Made by a program: the position numbers and the translations under genes. Source: Flavobacteriales bacterium (GTDB taxonomy: Bacteria; Bacteroidota; Bacteroidia; Flavobacteriales_F; PHOS-HE28). Taken from it: DNA of 64,000 nucleotides. Of the stretch, positions 35,801-44,098 are shown one piece after another (within the stretch, counting starts at the first letter, position 1; every line of letters begins with the position of its first letter). Below the pieces are notes generated by a model. The model had not been told where the DNA came from. It worked only from the letters and a program-made list of their open reading frames with translations, and ran no database searches. Where the stretch lies: the NCBI GenBank assembly GCA_019638115.1, contig JAHBUK010000004.1, positions 224,794 through 288,793 on the forward strand. The letters are read 5' to 3'.

Positions 35801-37667
35801 CCTGGGCAGCGGGCTCAACGTGCAGTACATGCCCACGCCAGCAGAGATCCAAGCAGGCTCCGTAAGCCTTACGCTCACCACCACCGGCAATAGCGTGTGC
35901 CCCACCGCGAGCGATGCGCTCACCATCCAATTGTCCAACAGCTTCCTCCAGGCTGCACTGAGCGCTTCCAACGTGAGCTGCAACGGCCTGGCCAACGGCA
36001 CGCTGGCCTTCAGCCCCGACCTGCCCGGCAACAGCTACCTCTGGAACGACCCACAAGCGCAAAGCACCGCCACGGCCATCGGCCTACCGGCAGGCACCTG
36101 GAGCATAACCGTGAGCGATGCGCTCGGATGCGACACCACGCTGAGCGCCACCATCACCGAACCACCAACGCTTGCCATCGCGAGCCTGATGGAGAACCCC
36201 GTGCAGTGCAACGGTGGTACCACGGGATCCGCGGTGCTTGCTGTGCAGGGAGGTACCCCGGGCTACACGGTGCTCTGGAGCAACGGCACCACCGGCATGA
36301 TCCTGAACAACCTGGCCGCAGGTAGCTACAGCGCCACGGTCACCGACGCGTTGGGGTGCAGCACGCAGGCCACGGCCAACATCACTGAACCCGCGCCCAT
36401 CCTGCTCACCGCGCAAGTGCCTGACACCGTATGCGTGAACGCACCACACGTGCTTACGGCACAGGCAAGCGGAGGCACCGGCAACCTCACCGTGAATTGG
36501 AGCGGACTGGGCACCGGATCGCCGCTAACCGCGAGCTTCAGCGCATCACAACAAGTCTTCGTAACGGTGAGCGACCAAGTGGGCTGCACCGGCCCCACCT
36601 TGAGCTTCCCCGTTACCGTGCTCGACCTGTTCAGCGCCACGCTGAGCACCAGCGGCGGAGGCACCTTCTGCCCCGGTGCGAGCACTACCGTAAGCGCCAA
36701 CCTGTCCGGCTATCCCGGCAGCTACAGCATCCAATGGCCCACCTTGGGCACCACCGGCCCCGGTCCTTTCACAGTGCCCGTGACCGGCAGCCAACAAGTG
36801 GTGGCCATGGTGACCGATGCCTGCGGCAACAGCATCGAAAGCCCGGTGAACATCGTGTTGGACGTGCCCCCCAGCGTTCAACTTCCGCCGATCATAGCGG
36901 AAGGATGCGCGCCCTTGACGGTGACCATGCCCGACCTGCAGCTGCCCAGCGGCATCACCTACGCGTGGGACCTGGGGAACGGCAGTACCTCGGGCAGCGC
37001 ACAACCCACGGCTACCTATCCGGTTGGCACATACGCCATCGGGCTTGTGGTGACCACGGCAGCAGGCTGCAGCACCAGCAGCAACACCAACGGTCAAGTG
37101 ATCGCGCACGCTTCACCCAGTGCCGCCTTCACGGCCAATACGTGGAGCACCAACATCGACAATGCGAGCATCAGCTTCACCGACCAGAGCAGCGGCGGTG
37201 TAACGGCCTGGTCCTGGACCTTCGGCGATGGCGGCTCCAGCAGCGTGAACAACCCGCTCTACACCTACTTGGAGATCGGCACCTTCGAGGTGGAGTTGTG
37301 GGTGCAGAACAGCCATGGCTGCGCGGACAGCGTACTGCACACCATCGAGATCACTCCGGTGTACGATGTGACCATCCCGACCGCCTTCACACCCAATCCC
37401 AACGGGCAGGGAAATGGAGGCTGGATACCGGGAGACCTGAGCAACGACGTGTTCTACCCCTTCATCCGCTTCGTGGACGAGTTCCGCATGCGCATCTACA
37501 ACCGTTGGGGTGAACTGATCTTCGAGAGCAACGACCTGTCCATTGGCTGGGACGGTTGGTACCGTGGCCAATTGAGCCCACAGGATGTGTACGTGGTGCA
37601 GACCTGGGTGCGCTTCCTGGATGGAAAAGAAGTGCAGAAACTAAGCGACCTCACCCTGTTCCGATGA
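32877..37667 (+). CDS. giant SprB-repeat cell-surface adhesin with gliding-motility-associated (T9SS type B) C-terminal domain; SprB-like
   Basis: Signal peptide MRKLLLISLFLGLFASTASA. It has many SprB repeats (C.G..NG.A.....GGT.PYTYLWNTG) and three ~240-aa near-identical tandem blocks. The C-terminal domain ...TAFTPNPNGQGNGGWIP...FRMRIYNRWGELIFES...WDGWYRGQ... matches the CHU_C/type-B sorting domain. Confidence 0.8.
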   Translation: MRKLLLISLFLGLFASTASATHMSGGEIYWECIGPNQYRITMVIYRDCFGINVDPSYTLQVQSPCGNTTLTVTTPGGVEISQLCDIELPNSTCNGGTLPGIQQYIYTGTITLPPCNFWTISYTNIYRNAAIVNLTNPGAQRTYIRATINTAASPCNDSPQFTNTAIPYVCLGYPITYSFGAFDPESDSLSYELIPAMGIAGAPLNYVNPHSGALPIPGLTLNPATGEVNFTLTQMGNWVVAVRVNHWVNGVIVGTVMRDMQFVAYPCDNIPPDPTTGLVQDLNGMATATGPRAIEVCESGSFCFDMVISDPNATNVLTAFSNVQQNLPGATFTYTGTNPITATVCWTAAPGTSGFYPFIVNVSDGACPIPAFQTYIYAITVLPGLGATLTVVDENCVGSGDGSITAVVNTGTSPYTYTWSNGSSEASVSGGPGDYSVVIEDSNGCISASLSGTIGSAAEPNEADAGPNSTACVDVPFTLQGSVVNATGGVWSGGQGTFNGTWPNVSYTPSEADLLAGGAMLTLTTTGNTGCPPASAEVFIALVNSFENVSVTATDATCNNTANGSASAVPDSPEFTYLWNDGAAQTTATASNLAAGTYQVLITDGFGCSTSLEAIVGPTDAISIADLSATDEGCFGDGNGTATVVATGGTAPYTYLWNTGATTATITAGNGDYSVSVTDANGCAPAQGLITIAAQGLPNEANAGPDQVACLNTSIALNGSVTNATGGTWSGGSGTFQGSGLSVGYTPSAAEIASGAVELTLTTTGNTVCPPASDVVSISLSNSFLQAAITSVDATCSDNANGSASFTPDAPGLSYLWNDAAAQSTATAVGLAPGNYQITVTDALGCDTTMSAFIGPQEAITIASLSATDEGCLGDGNGTATALGAGGTAPYSYLWNTGETTASITAGSGTYSVSITDANGCTPAQGSITIAAQGLPNAANAGPDLVGCLNALPITLNGTVTNATGGTWSGGSGTFLGSGLNVQYMPTPAEIQAGSVSLTLTTTGNSVCPTASDALTIQLSNSFLQAALSASNVSCNGLANGTLAFSPDLPGNSYLWNDPQAQSTATAIGLPAGTWSITVSDALGCDTTLSATITEPPTLAIASLMENPVQCNGGTTGSAVLAVQGGTPGYTVLWSNGTTGMILNNLAAGSYSATVTDALGCSTQATANITEPAPILLTAQVPDTVCVNAPHVLTAQASGGTGNLTVNWSGLGTGSPLTASFSASQQVFVTVSDQVGCTGPTLSFPVTVLDLFSATLSTSGGGTFCPGASTTVSANLSGYPGSYSIQWPTLGTTGPGPFTVPVTGSQQVVAMVTDACGNSIESPVNIVLDVPPSVQLPPIIAEGCAPLTVTMPDLQLPSGITYAWDLGNGSTSGSAQPTATYPVGTYAIGLVVTTAAGCSTSSNTNGQVIAHASPSAAFTANTWSTNIDNASISFTDQSSGGVTAWSWTFGDGGSSSVNNPLYTYLEIGTFEVELWVQNSHGCADSVLHTIEITPVYDVTIPTAFTPNPNGQGNGGWIPGDLSNDVFYPFIRFVDEFRMRIYNRWGELIFESNDLSIGWDGWYRGQLSPQDVYVVQTWVRFLDGKEVQKLSDLTLFR

Positions 37668-38668
37668 AAAGAGCCCTACTCATCCTGACCCTGCTCGCAG
37701 GTCCGGCGGCAGTGCTCACCAGCACGGCACAGGACCCGCAGTTCTCGCAGTTCTATGCGGCATCGCAGTACCTGAACCCGGCTCTCACCGGCAACACTTA
37801 CCAAGACCGCGTAGCGCTGAACTATCGCCTGCAGTGGCCCGGCATTCAGCCCGGATACGAGACCTACTCCTTTGCGTACGACCACCGTTTCGCAGATGCA
37901 GGCAGTGGGCTGGGCGGTTATGTGCTGCGCGATAAGGCAGGCAGCAACGGCCTCACCTTCACCAAGATCGCCATGGCCTACAGCTACGAGGCCCGCTTGA
38001 ACCGCCGCAAGGCACTGCGCTTCGGTGTGCGCACCGGCTACACCATGCGCGGCGTGGACCCCAGTGGATATCTCTTCGCCGACCAAGTGATCCGCGACAA
38101 TGCGGCCACCAGCATAGAAGCCAACCTGGTGGAGCAGGTGAGCTACCTGGACCTGGCCGGTGGAGCCATGTACTACAGCGAGCAATTCTGGGGTGGCATC
38201 TCCTTGAACCACCTGAACCGGCCCAACCAAAGCCTGATGATGGAAGGTAATGCCCGGCTTGCCATGCGCACCAGCGTACATACCGGCTACCGCTTCGCCA
38301 TCGACGGGCGCTCCTTCAATCGCAGCGAGACCAAAATGACCCTTGCCGCGCACTACAAGATGCAGGGCAAGTGGGACCAGTTCGACATCGGCGGGTACAT
38401 CGACCACAACCGGATCAGTGCTGGACTGTGGTACCGCGGCCTGCCACTTGTAAAGGCCTACCAGCCCGGCTATGGGAACAGTGAAGCCATGATCCTGATG
38501 GTGGGTTTCGAGACCGAACAGCAACTGCGTTTCACCTACAGTTTCGATGTGACCATCAGCAAACTGAGCATGCGCAGCGCTGGTGCCCACGAGATCAGTG
38601 TGATCTACGAGTGGCCCAAACGCGCCAAGAACAAGAAGCACAAGGTGGTGCCTTGTCCGAAGTTCTGA
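37664..38668 (+). CDS. PorP/SprF-family type IX secretion system outer-membrane protein (cognate partner of the upstream type-B cargo)
   Basis: MKRALLILTLLAGPAAVLTSTAQDPQFSQFYAASQYLNPALTGN matches the PorP/SprF N-terminal signature QD..FSQY...NPA..G. The start overlaps the upstream stop (ATGA). Confidence 0.85.
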   Translation: MKRALLILTLLAGPAAVLTSTAQDPQFSQFYAASQYLNPALTGNTYQDRVALNYRLQWPGIQPGYETYSFAYDHRFADAGSGLGGYVLRDKAGSNGLTFTKIAMAYSYEARLNRRKALRFGVRTGYTMRGVDPSGYLFADQVIRDNAATSIEANLVEQVSYLDLAGGAMYYSEQFWGGISLNHLNRPNQSLMMEGNARLAMRTSVHTGYRFAIDGRSFNRSETKMTLAAHYKMQGKWDQFDIGGYIDHNRISAGLWYRGLPLVKAYQPGYGNSEAMILMVGFETEQQLRFTYSFDVTISKLSMRSAGAHEISVIYEWPKRAKNKKHKVVPCPKF

Positions 38669-38684
38669 TCGGAAGGAACAGGGA

Positions 38685-38800
38685 CGCTTCGCCCCTCGAC
38701 CAACCCTTCGACTCCGCTCAGGGTTTGGGAAGAGAGGGGCGCTTCGCCCTTGTACCATCGCTTCGACTCCGCTCAGGGTGAGGGAGCAGAAGTAGGTGCG
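38685..38800. repeat. two tandem ~45-bp direct repeats (cgcttcgccc...cttcgactccgctcagggt) in the sprF-transporter intergenic region
   Basis: gacgcttcgcccctcgaccaacccttcgactccgctcagggtttggg / gcgcttcgcccttgtaccatcgcttcgactccgctcagggtgaggg. Confidence 0.6.
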
Positions 38801-38844
38801 TACCTGCAACGCTTCAACAAGACCTTCCGTGTTGGCTGAGTACC

Positions 38845-39906
38845 TTGGTCCGCATGGACCTGCAACGCATTGCATACGGGCTGCTGGTGGTGATCGGCAC
38901 GGCGGTCATTCTCTCCTACACCAAGGCCGTGCTATTGCCTTTCGTACTGGCGTTCATGATCTGGTTCCTGATCCGGCAGGTGCAACAGCTCATGAGCAAG
39001 GTGCGCATCGGTGGCAAACAAGTACCGCTCTGGCTGCGCGGGTCGCTGGCTTTCCTCACCATCTTCCTCACCCTGGGCCTGGTCGCCACGTTGCTGATGA
39101 ACAATATCAAAGGCGTGACCGAGCTGCTGCCCCACTATGAGCGCAACGTGCTGCTCATAAAGGAACAGTTGGAGGGAGCCACCGGGCTCAACTTCGGGTC
39201 GCTTACGGGCAAGCTTTCCAAAGACCTTGAACTGGGCAAGCTCATCACACTTCTGGTGAACGCCCTTACCGGCGTGCTCGGCGATGCGGTGATGGTACTG
39301 ATCTACGTGGGTTTCCTGATGCTGGAGGAACGGCACGCCAGGGCGAAGTTCCAAGCCCTGTACAGCGATGGGCCCAAGCGCGAAAAGGCCTTGGCCATGC
39401 TCGCGCACATGGACCACGCCCTTAGCCAATACGTGGTGTTGAAGACCATTGTAAGCCTTACCACCGGTGGTCTCAGCTACATCGCACTGCGCATCATCGG
39501 TGTGGACTTCGCGTTCTTTTGGGCCTTCACCATTTTCATCCTCAACTACATCCCCACCATCGGCTCGCTGCTCGCAACGGTGTTCCCGGCCTTCATTGCT
39601 GCGCTGCAGTTCGCTTCCATTGGTCCTGCCTTGTGGGTCCTGGGCAGCGTCGGGGTCATTCAAGTGATCGTGGGCAACATCATAGACCCGCGCCTGATGG
39701 GCAGTTCACTGAACGTGAGCGGTGTGGTGGTGATCCTCTCCCTGGCCTTCTGGGGCAGCATCTGGGGTGTCACCGGCATGATCCTCTCGGTGCCCATAAC
39801 GGTGATGCTGGTGATCGTGCTGGCGCAGTTCGACAACACCCGTTGGCTGGCCGTGCTACTGAGCGACAAAGGCAAAGTGAACGGCGCAACGGAACAGAAG
39901 GCCTGA
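38845..39906 (+). CDS. AI-2E family transporter (PerM/YhhT-like permease)
   Basis: 353 aa with eight hydrophobic segments. ...NYIPTIGSLLATVFPAFIAALQFASIGPALWVLGSVGVIQVIVGNIIDPRLMG... is a typical AI-2E core. Confidence 0.8.
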   Translation: MVRMDLQRIAYGLLVVIGTAVILSYTKAVLLPFVLAFMIWFLIRQVQQLMSKVRIGGKQVPLWLRGSLAFLTIFLTLGLVATLLMNNIKGVTELLPHYERNVLLIKEQLEGATGLNFGSLTGKLSKDLELGKLITLLVNALTGVLGDAVMVLIYVGFLMLEERHARAKFQALYSDGPKREKALAMLAHMDHALSQYVVLKTIVSLTTGGLSYIALRIIGVDFAFFWAFTIFILNYIPTIGSLLATVFPAFIAALQFASIGPALWVLGSVGVIQVIVGNIIDPRLMGSSLNVSGVVVILSLAFWGSIWGVTGMILSVPITVMLVIVLAQFDNTRWLAVLLSDKGKVNGATEQKA

Positions 39907-39913
39907 GCTTCGT

Positions 39914-40126
39914 TCAAACGAACACGAGCAGTACGAGCGCTACCAGTAGCGTGTGGAACGCGCAACCGAGCAGGAACAGCAGCAGGCCGTTACGCTGCTT
40001 CAACACCTCCCGGAACGAGCCCTTGAAGCCCTTCGTGGCCCAGAACACGAATGCGCCAGGGTACGTGAAAAGCCTGATGATGATGGCATCCGATAGCGCT
40101 TCGGCAAACAGGTCTTGAAGAGGCAT
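39914..40126 (-). CDS. hypothetical small membrane protein (weak call)
   Basis: ~70 aa hydrophobic ORF between the transporter and argS. May not be expressed. Confidence 0.25.
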   Translation of the reverse strand: MPLQDLFAEALSDAIIIRLFTYPGAFVFWATKGFKGSFREVLKQRNGLLLFLLGCAFHTLLVALVLLVFV

Positions 40127-40128
40127 GA

Positions 40129-41967
40129 TCACATCCGCTCCGGCACCTTGATGCCGAGGCACCACATGGCCTTGCTGGTGGCATCGGCAACGGCAGCACT
40201 CAGACCCAGACGGAAACCGCGAATGGCCGCATCCTCCTCCTTCAGCACGGGCACGCTTTGGTAGAAGCTGTTGTAGGCCTTCACCAATTCGTAAACGTGG
40301 TTGGCGAGCGCCGAGGGATCAAGCTTGGTGGCGGCATCGTTGAGCACGGCAGGGCACTGGTGCAGGAGCTTGATGACGGTGCGTTCTTCGGGGAGAAGTT
40401 GATGGTTGTCCGTTGTCCGTTGTCCGGCCGGCACCGACAATTGAGGACTTACAACTGACACCTGTGATCCGACAACCGACAACTCCTCAGCTTTCCGCAG
40501 CAGGCTTTTGATCCGAGCGTAGGTGTACTGGATGAACGGGCCGGTGTGCCCCTGTAGGTCGATGCTGGCGGTGGGATCGAAAAGCATGCGCTTCTTCGGG
40601 TCCACCTTCAACAGGAAATACTTCAAGGCAGCAAGGCCGATCATCTCATAGAGTTCGCTCTTCTCTGCTTCGCTGAAGCCATCCAGCTTGCTCAGCTCCT
40701 CCCCTGCTTTGCGCGCTTCATGCACCACCTCCTCCATCAACTCATCGGCATCCACCACGGTGCCTTCGCGGCTCTTCATCCTGCCGCTGGGCAGGTCCAC
40801 CATGCCGTAGCTCAGGTGGTGCAGGCCATCCGCCCAGGTGAAGCCGAGCTTCTTCAGGATGATGAACAGCACCTTGAAGTGGTAGTCCTGCTCGTTGCCT
40901 ACGGTGTAGATCAGCTTGCTGAGCCCGGGATATTCCTCGAAACGCTTGATGGCAGTACCGATGTCCTGGGTCATGTACAGGCTGGTGCCGTCACCGCGCA
41001 GCAGCACCTTCTCATCCAAGCCTTCGGCCGTGTTGTCCACCCACACGCTACCGTCCTCCTTCTTGTAGAACACGCCTTTGTCCAGGCCCTTCAACACATC
41101 GTCCTTCCCCAGCACATAGGTCCGGCTCTCGTAGTAGAGCTTGTCGAACTCCACGCCCATGCGGGTGTAGGTGGCGTTGAAGCCATCGTAGACCCAGCCG
41201 TTCATTTTCTCCCAGAGCGCGCGGACCTCCGTGTCGTTGGCTTCCCATTGCAGGAGCATGGCCTGCGCCTCCTTCATCAGCGGCGCCTCCTTTTCCGCCT
41301 GGTCCTTGGGAATGCCACCGGCTTCCAACTCCTGCACCTGCTGTTTGTAGGCCTTGTCGAACTCAACGTAGTACTTGCCCACCAGTTTGTCGCCTTTCAA
41401 CCCACTGCTCTCGGGGGTCTCGCCATTACCGAAGCGCTGCCAGGCCACCATGCTCTTGCAGATGTGGATGCCCCGGTCGTTGATGATCTGCACGCGCACC
41501 ACCTCGTTGCCCGCTGCCTGCAGGATGCGGCTGACACTGTGCCCCAGGAAGTTGTTGCGCAGGTGGCCCAGGTGCAGTGGCTTGTTGGTGTTGGGCGAGC
41601 TGTACTCCACCATCACCTGCTGGCCCGTGGCAGGGAATTGCAGGATGTCTCGATCACCCGCATCCCGCAGGAATTCCAGCCAGTAAGCGTCGGCGATCAC
41701 GATGTTGAGAAAGCCTTTCACCACATTGAAGCGCTCCACGATGGGCAGTGCTCCCAGCAGGTATTCGCCGATCGCAGTGGCGGTAGGCTCCGGTCCTTTG
41801 CCACTCACCTTCAGGAAGGGAAAAACGTTGATGGTCACATCGCCCTCGAACTCGGGTCGGGTGGGCTGGAAGGCGATCGCCTTCGCTTCGATATCGTTGC
41901 CGAAAAGTTCCCGAAAAGCCTGCTGAACGGCGGATCGGAGCTTGGCGTGGAGGGGATCTTGGTACAT
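40129..41967 (-). CDS. argS: arginine--tRNA ligase
   Basis: 612 aa with class I HIGH-type motif PNTNKPLHLGHLRNN, a KMKSR-like SGRMKSREG, and a DALR anticodon-binding C-terminus. It carries an extra ~27-aa segment encoded by a palindromic repeat (see repeat 40404..40486). Confidence 0.95.
   Translation of the reverse strand: MYQDPLHAKLRSAVQQAFRELFGNDIEAKAIAFQPTRPEFEGDVTINVFPFLKVSGKGPEPTATAIGEYLLGALPIVERFNVVKGFLNIVIADAYWLEFLRDAGDRDILQFPATGQQVMVEYSSPNTNKPLHLGHLRNNFLGHSVSRILQAAGNEVVRVQIINDRGIHICKSMVAWQRFGNGETPESSGLKGDKLVGKYYVEFDKAYKQQVQELEAGGIPKDQAEKEAPLMKEAQAMLLQWEANDTEVRALWEKMNGWVYDGFNATYTRMGVEFDKLYYESRTYVLGKDDVLKGLDKGVFYKKEDGSVWVDNTAEGLDEKVLLRGDGTSLYMTQDIGTAIKRFEEYPGLSKLIYTVGNEQDYHFKVLFIILKKLGFTWADGLHHLSYGMVDLPSGRMKSREGTVVDADELMEEVVHEARKAGEELSKLDGFSEAEKSELYEMIGLAALKYFLLKVDPKKRMLFDPTASIDLQGHTGPFIQYTYARIKSLLRKAEELSVVGSQVSVVSPQLSVPAGQRTTDNHQLLPEERTVIKLLHQCPAVLNDAATKLDPSALANHVYELVKAYNSFYQSVPVLKEEDAAIRGFRLGLSAAVADATSKAMWCLGIKVPERM
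40404..40486. repeat. imperfect palindromic element (GTTGTCC-type arms) lying in-frame inside the argS coding sequence
   Basis: ggttgtccgttgtccgttgtccggccggcaccgacaattgaggacttacaactgacacctgtgatccgacaaccgacaactcc. It encodes ...QVSVVSPQLSVPAGQRTTDNHQ... in ArgS. Confidence 0.6.
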
Positions 41968-42006
41968 GGTGCGGGGTGCAAAGGAATGCAGTTCCGAGTA
42001 GTCAGT

Positions 42007-42047
42007 TGTCCGTTGTCAGTTCCGATGGGACGGACAACGGACAACCG
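42007..42047. repeat. perfect 13-bp-stem hairpin GTTGTCCGTTGTC-(15 nt)-GACAACGGACAAC between argS and the downstream convergent/divergent gene; same repeat family as the argS-internal element
   Basis: cagttgtccgttgtcagttccgatgggacggacaacggacaacc. It lies 40 nt upstream of the argS start and just 3' of the 42052..43017 gene. Confidence 0.7.
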
Positions 42048-42051
42048 AAAA

Positions 42052-43017
42052 CTATTTACTGCCCAGGAAGTTCTCCGCCAACATGCAGCGCACGCTTCCA
42101 CCGCCAACGGCCTCTATGGTGGGGATGGGCACGGGAACCAGTTCGGTGTAGCGTTGCAGGGCTTGGCGTTGAAAGGGTGCCAGCGCAAGGAAAGCCGTTT
42201 CGCTGAGTAATAGGTACTCCACACCTTGATCGGTAGCGGGTGCATGGTGGCTACGGATGCGGCCCGGTGCGGGCGTTCCACGCAGTTCCAGCATGTTGCC
42301 CACGTATTGGTGCATCTGCTCCAGCGTAATGGGGATCACCTCCTTGCCGGCCTTGGCCAATTCCTCTTCCAGTTCGGTACGTTCGGCGGGATAAGGAAGC
42401 GCATCGAAGCAGACCACCGCGAAGCGGGTACCGATGCTCATCACCACATTGGTGTGGTACACCGGCTGGCCTGTGAGCGTGCCATCCATGGTGGCGGTGA
42501 AGGTGATCGGCACGTATCCAAGGGCCTCACACCAGGCATTCACGGCAATCTCGGAAGTGCGAGGCGAAAGGCAGGCATAGGCGAAGCGAGCCACCCGATC
42601 CAGCACCAGGCTGCCGGTTCCTTCGAGTATGAGACCCTGCTGTTCCCAGGCGTGCAGATCGATCACCTGCCGTACGCTGAAGCCTTCGCGTTGCATGGTG
42701 GCCTGCATGTCCGGGTCGCGTTCCGAGCGGCGGCTCAGGGTATGCATGGGGTAGATCACCACCGTGCCATCCGCGTGGGTGCTGAACCAATTGTTGGGGA
42801 ACACGGCGTTGGGCGCCTTGGGGTCCACGGGATCCAGCACGGTGGTCCGGATGCCGCAGTTGCGCAGCGCATCCAGCAAACCATCGAATTCCTCTTCCGC
42901 CTGGCGGGTGATCCGCGGATCGTTGCGCTGCTGCTGAAAGCCGTTGCTCTCGGCCGTCTCCGGATCGTAACCGAAACCCGTGGGCCGTATCAGAATGACG
43001 GAGGAAGCGTTTTGCAT
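42052..43017 (-). CDS. amidinotransferase-superfamily enzyme (arginine deiminase / DDAH / citrulline-utilisation CtlX-like)
   Basis: 321 aa. The C-terminal GGGSVRCMLAE contains the catalytic-Cys motif of guanidino-group modifying enzymes. Confidence 0.7.
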   Translation of the reverse strand: MQNASSVILIRPTGFGYDPETAESNGFQQQRNDPRITRQAEEEFDGLLDALRNCGIRTTVLDPVDPKAPNAVFPNNWFSTHADGTVVIYPMHTLSRRSERDPDMQATMQREGFSVRQVIDLHAWEQQGLILEGTGSLVLDRVARFAYACLSPRTSEIAVNAWCEALGYVPITFTATMDGTLTGQPVYHTNVVMSIGTRFAVVCFDALPYPAERTELEEELAKAGKEVIPITLEQMHQYVGNMLELRGTPAPGRIRSHHAPATDQGVEYLLLSETAFLALAPFQRQALQRYTELVPVPIPTIEAVGGGSVRCMLAENFLGSK

Positions 43018-43050
43018 GGAGGCTTCGGAACGTTACCGGGCACTCCCCGC

Positions 43051-43989
43051 TCAGCGGTTGCGCAGAATGGGGAACAAGGGCTCCATGATGCTCAGCGCAG
43101 CCTCGGCCATGGCGTTCTTGTCGTCCAGTGCCGGGTTGATCTCCACCACGTCGAGGGTGGCCGTTCGAACGTCGCGGCAAAGGCCCTGAAGGAGCAGTGC
43201 CGCTTCTTCCACGGTAAGGCCACCGGGCACGGGGGTGCCGGTGCCCACGGAAATGGAGGGATCGAGGCTGTCCACATCAAAGCTCACGTGGATCCGTTTG
43301 CAAGCGCTCAGGTGCTTCAGGGTCTCCTGCACCGTTGCCATGGCGCCTTTGGCACGCAGGTCTTCCACGGTGATCACCTTGATGCCATGCTCCTCGATGA
43401 TGGCGCGCTCTTCCGGCTCGTAGTCGCGCAGGCCGATGAAGACCAGGTCCGCCGGGGCCAGCTTGGGGCCGTTCACACCGATCTTGCGCAGGCGGTCCCA
43501 GGTGGCCATGGTGTAGACCTGGGGTTTGTTGCGGCCCTTTTTCTCGATCTGCATCAGCAGGGCCAGGGGCATGCCGTGCACGTTGCCGCTGGGGGTGGTC
43601 CAAGGCGTGTGCAGGTCGGCATGCGCATCGATCCACACCACGCCCAGCCGCTCCTTGGGGAAGGCCATCTTGGTGCCGCTCACCGAGCCGATGGCGATGG
43701 AATGATCGCCGCCCACCACGATGGGGAACACCCCGTTGCGGATGTATTTGAACACCTCGTAGGCCAGGTCGCTCTCGAAGCGGATCAGTCCATCGATGTG
43801 GTGTGCGTTGGGCGATTTGTCATCCTCGTAGAGCACGTCGTTCTCATCGCGCAGGATGCTCTCCTCCGCATGTCCGAACAGTTCACTGCCCAATTTCCAG
43901 GCGGCCACGCGCAGGGCCGCCATGCCCATACTGGTGCCTCGGGTGCCTGCCCCGATCTCCGATGCCGCTTCGATCAATCGTACTTCCAT
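43051..43989 (-). CDS. arginase/agmatinase-family ureohydrolase (most likely arginase)
   Basis: GGDHSIAIGSV, DAHADL and SFDVDSLDP Mn-binding motifs. Start taken at MEVRLIEAASEIGAG. Confidence 0.85.
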   Translation of the reverse strand: MEVRLIEAASEIGAGTRGTSMGMAALRVAAWKLGSELFGHAEESILRDENDVLYEDDKSPNAHHIDGLIRFESDLAYEVFKYIRNGVFPIVVGGDHSIAIGSVSGTKMAFPKERLGVVWIDAHADLHTPWTTPSGNVHGMPLALLMQIEKKGRNKPQVYTMATWDRLRKIGVNGPKLAPADLVFIGLRDYEPEERAIIEEHGIKVITVEDLRAKGAMATVQETLKHLSACKRIHVSFDVDSLDPSISVGTGTPVPGGLTVEEAALLLQGLCRDVRTATLDVVEINPALDDKNAMAEAALSIMEPLFPILRNR

Positions 43990-44098
43990 GGTGTGCCGAA
44001 CTAAGGTCGTGGCGAAGGTATGCCGGAGCGCCCCGGCCCCGGAATGCAACGCGCCGGGGCCGATCGCCGTAACAGGCCCACCTTCAGACCGGAAAAAC

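Noticed and set aside
34479-37571. Minus-strand ORFs (527 aa, 187 aa, 152 aa and others) inside the SprB-like gene
   Set aside because: Shadow ORFs of a repetitive GC-rich gene. The sense strand has a clear SprB-repeat architecture.
40720-44004. Plus-strand ORFs of 496 and 592 aa opposite argS, the amidinotransferase and arginase genes
   Set aside because: Antisense shadow ORFs.
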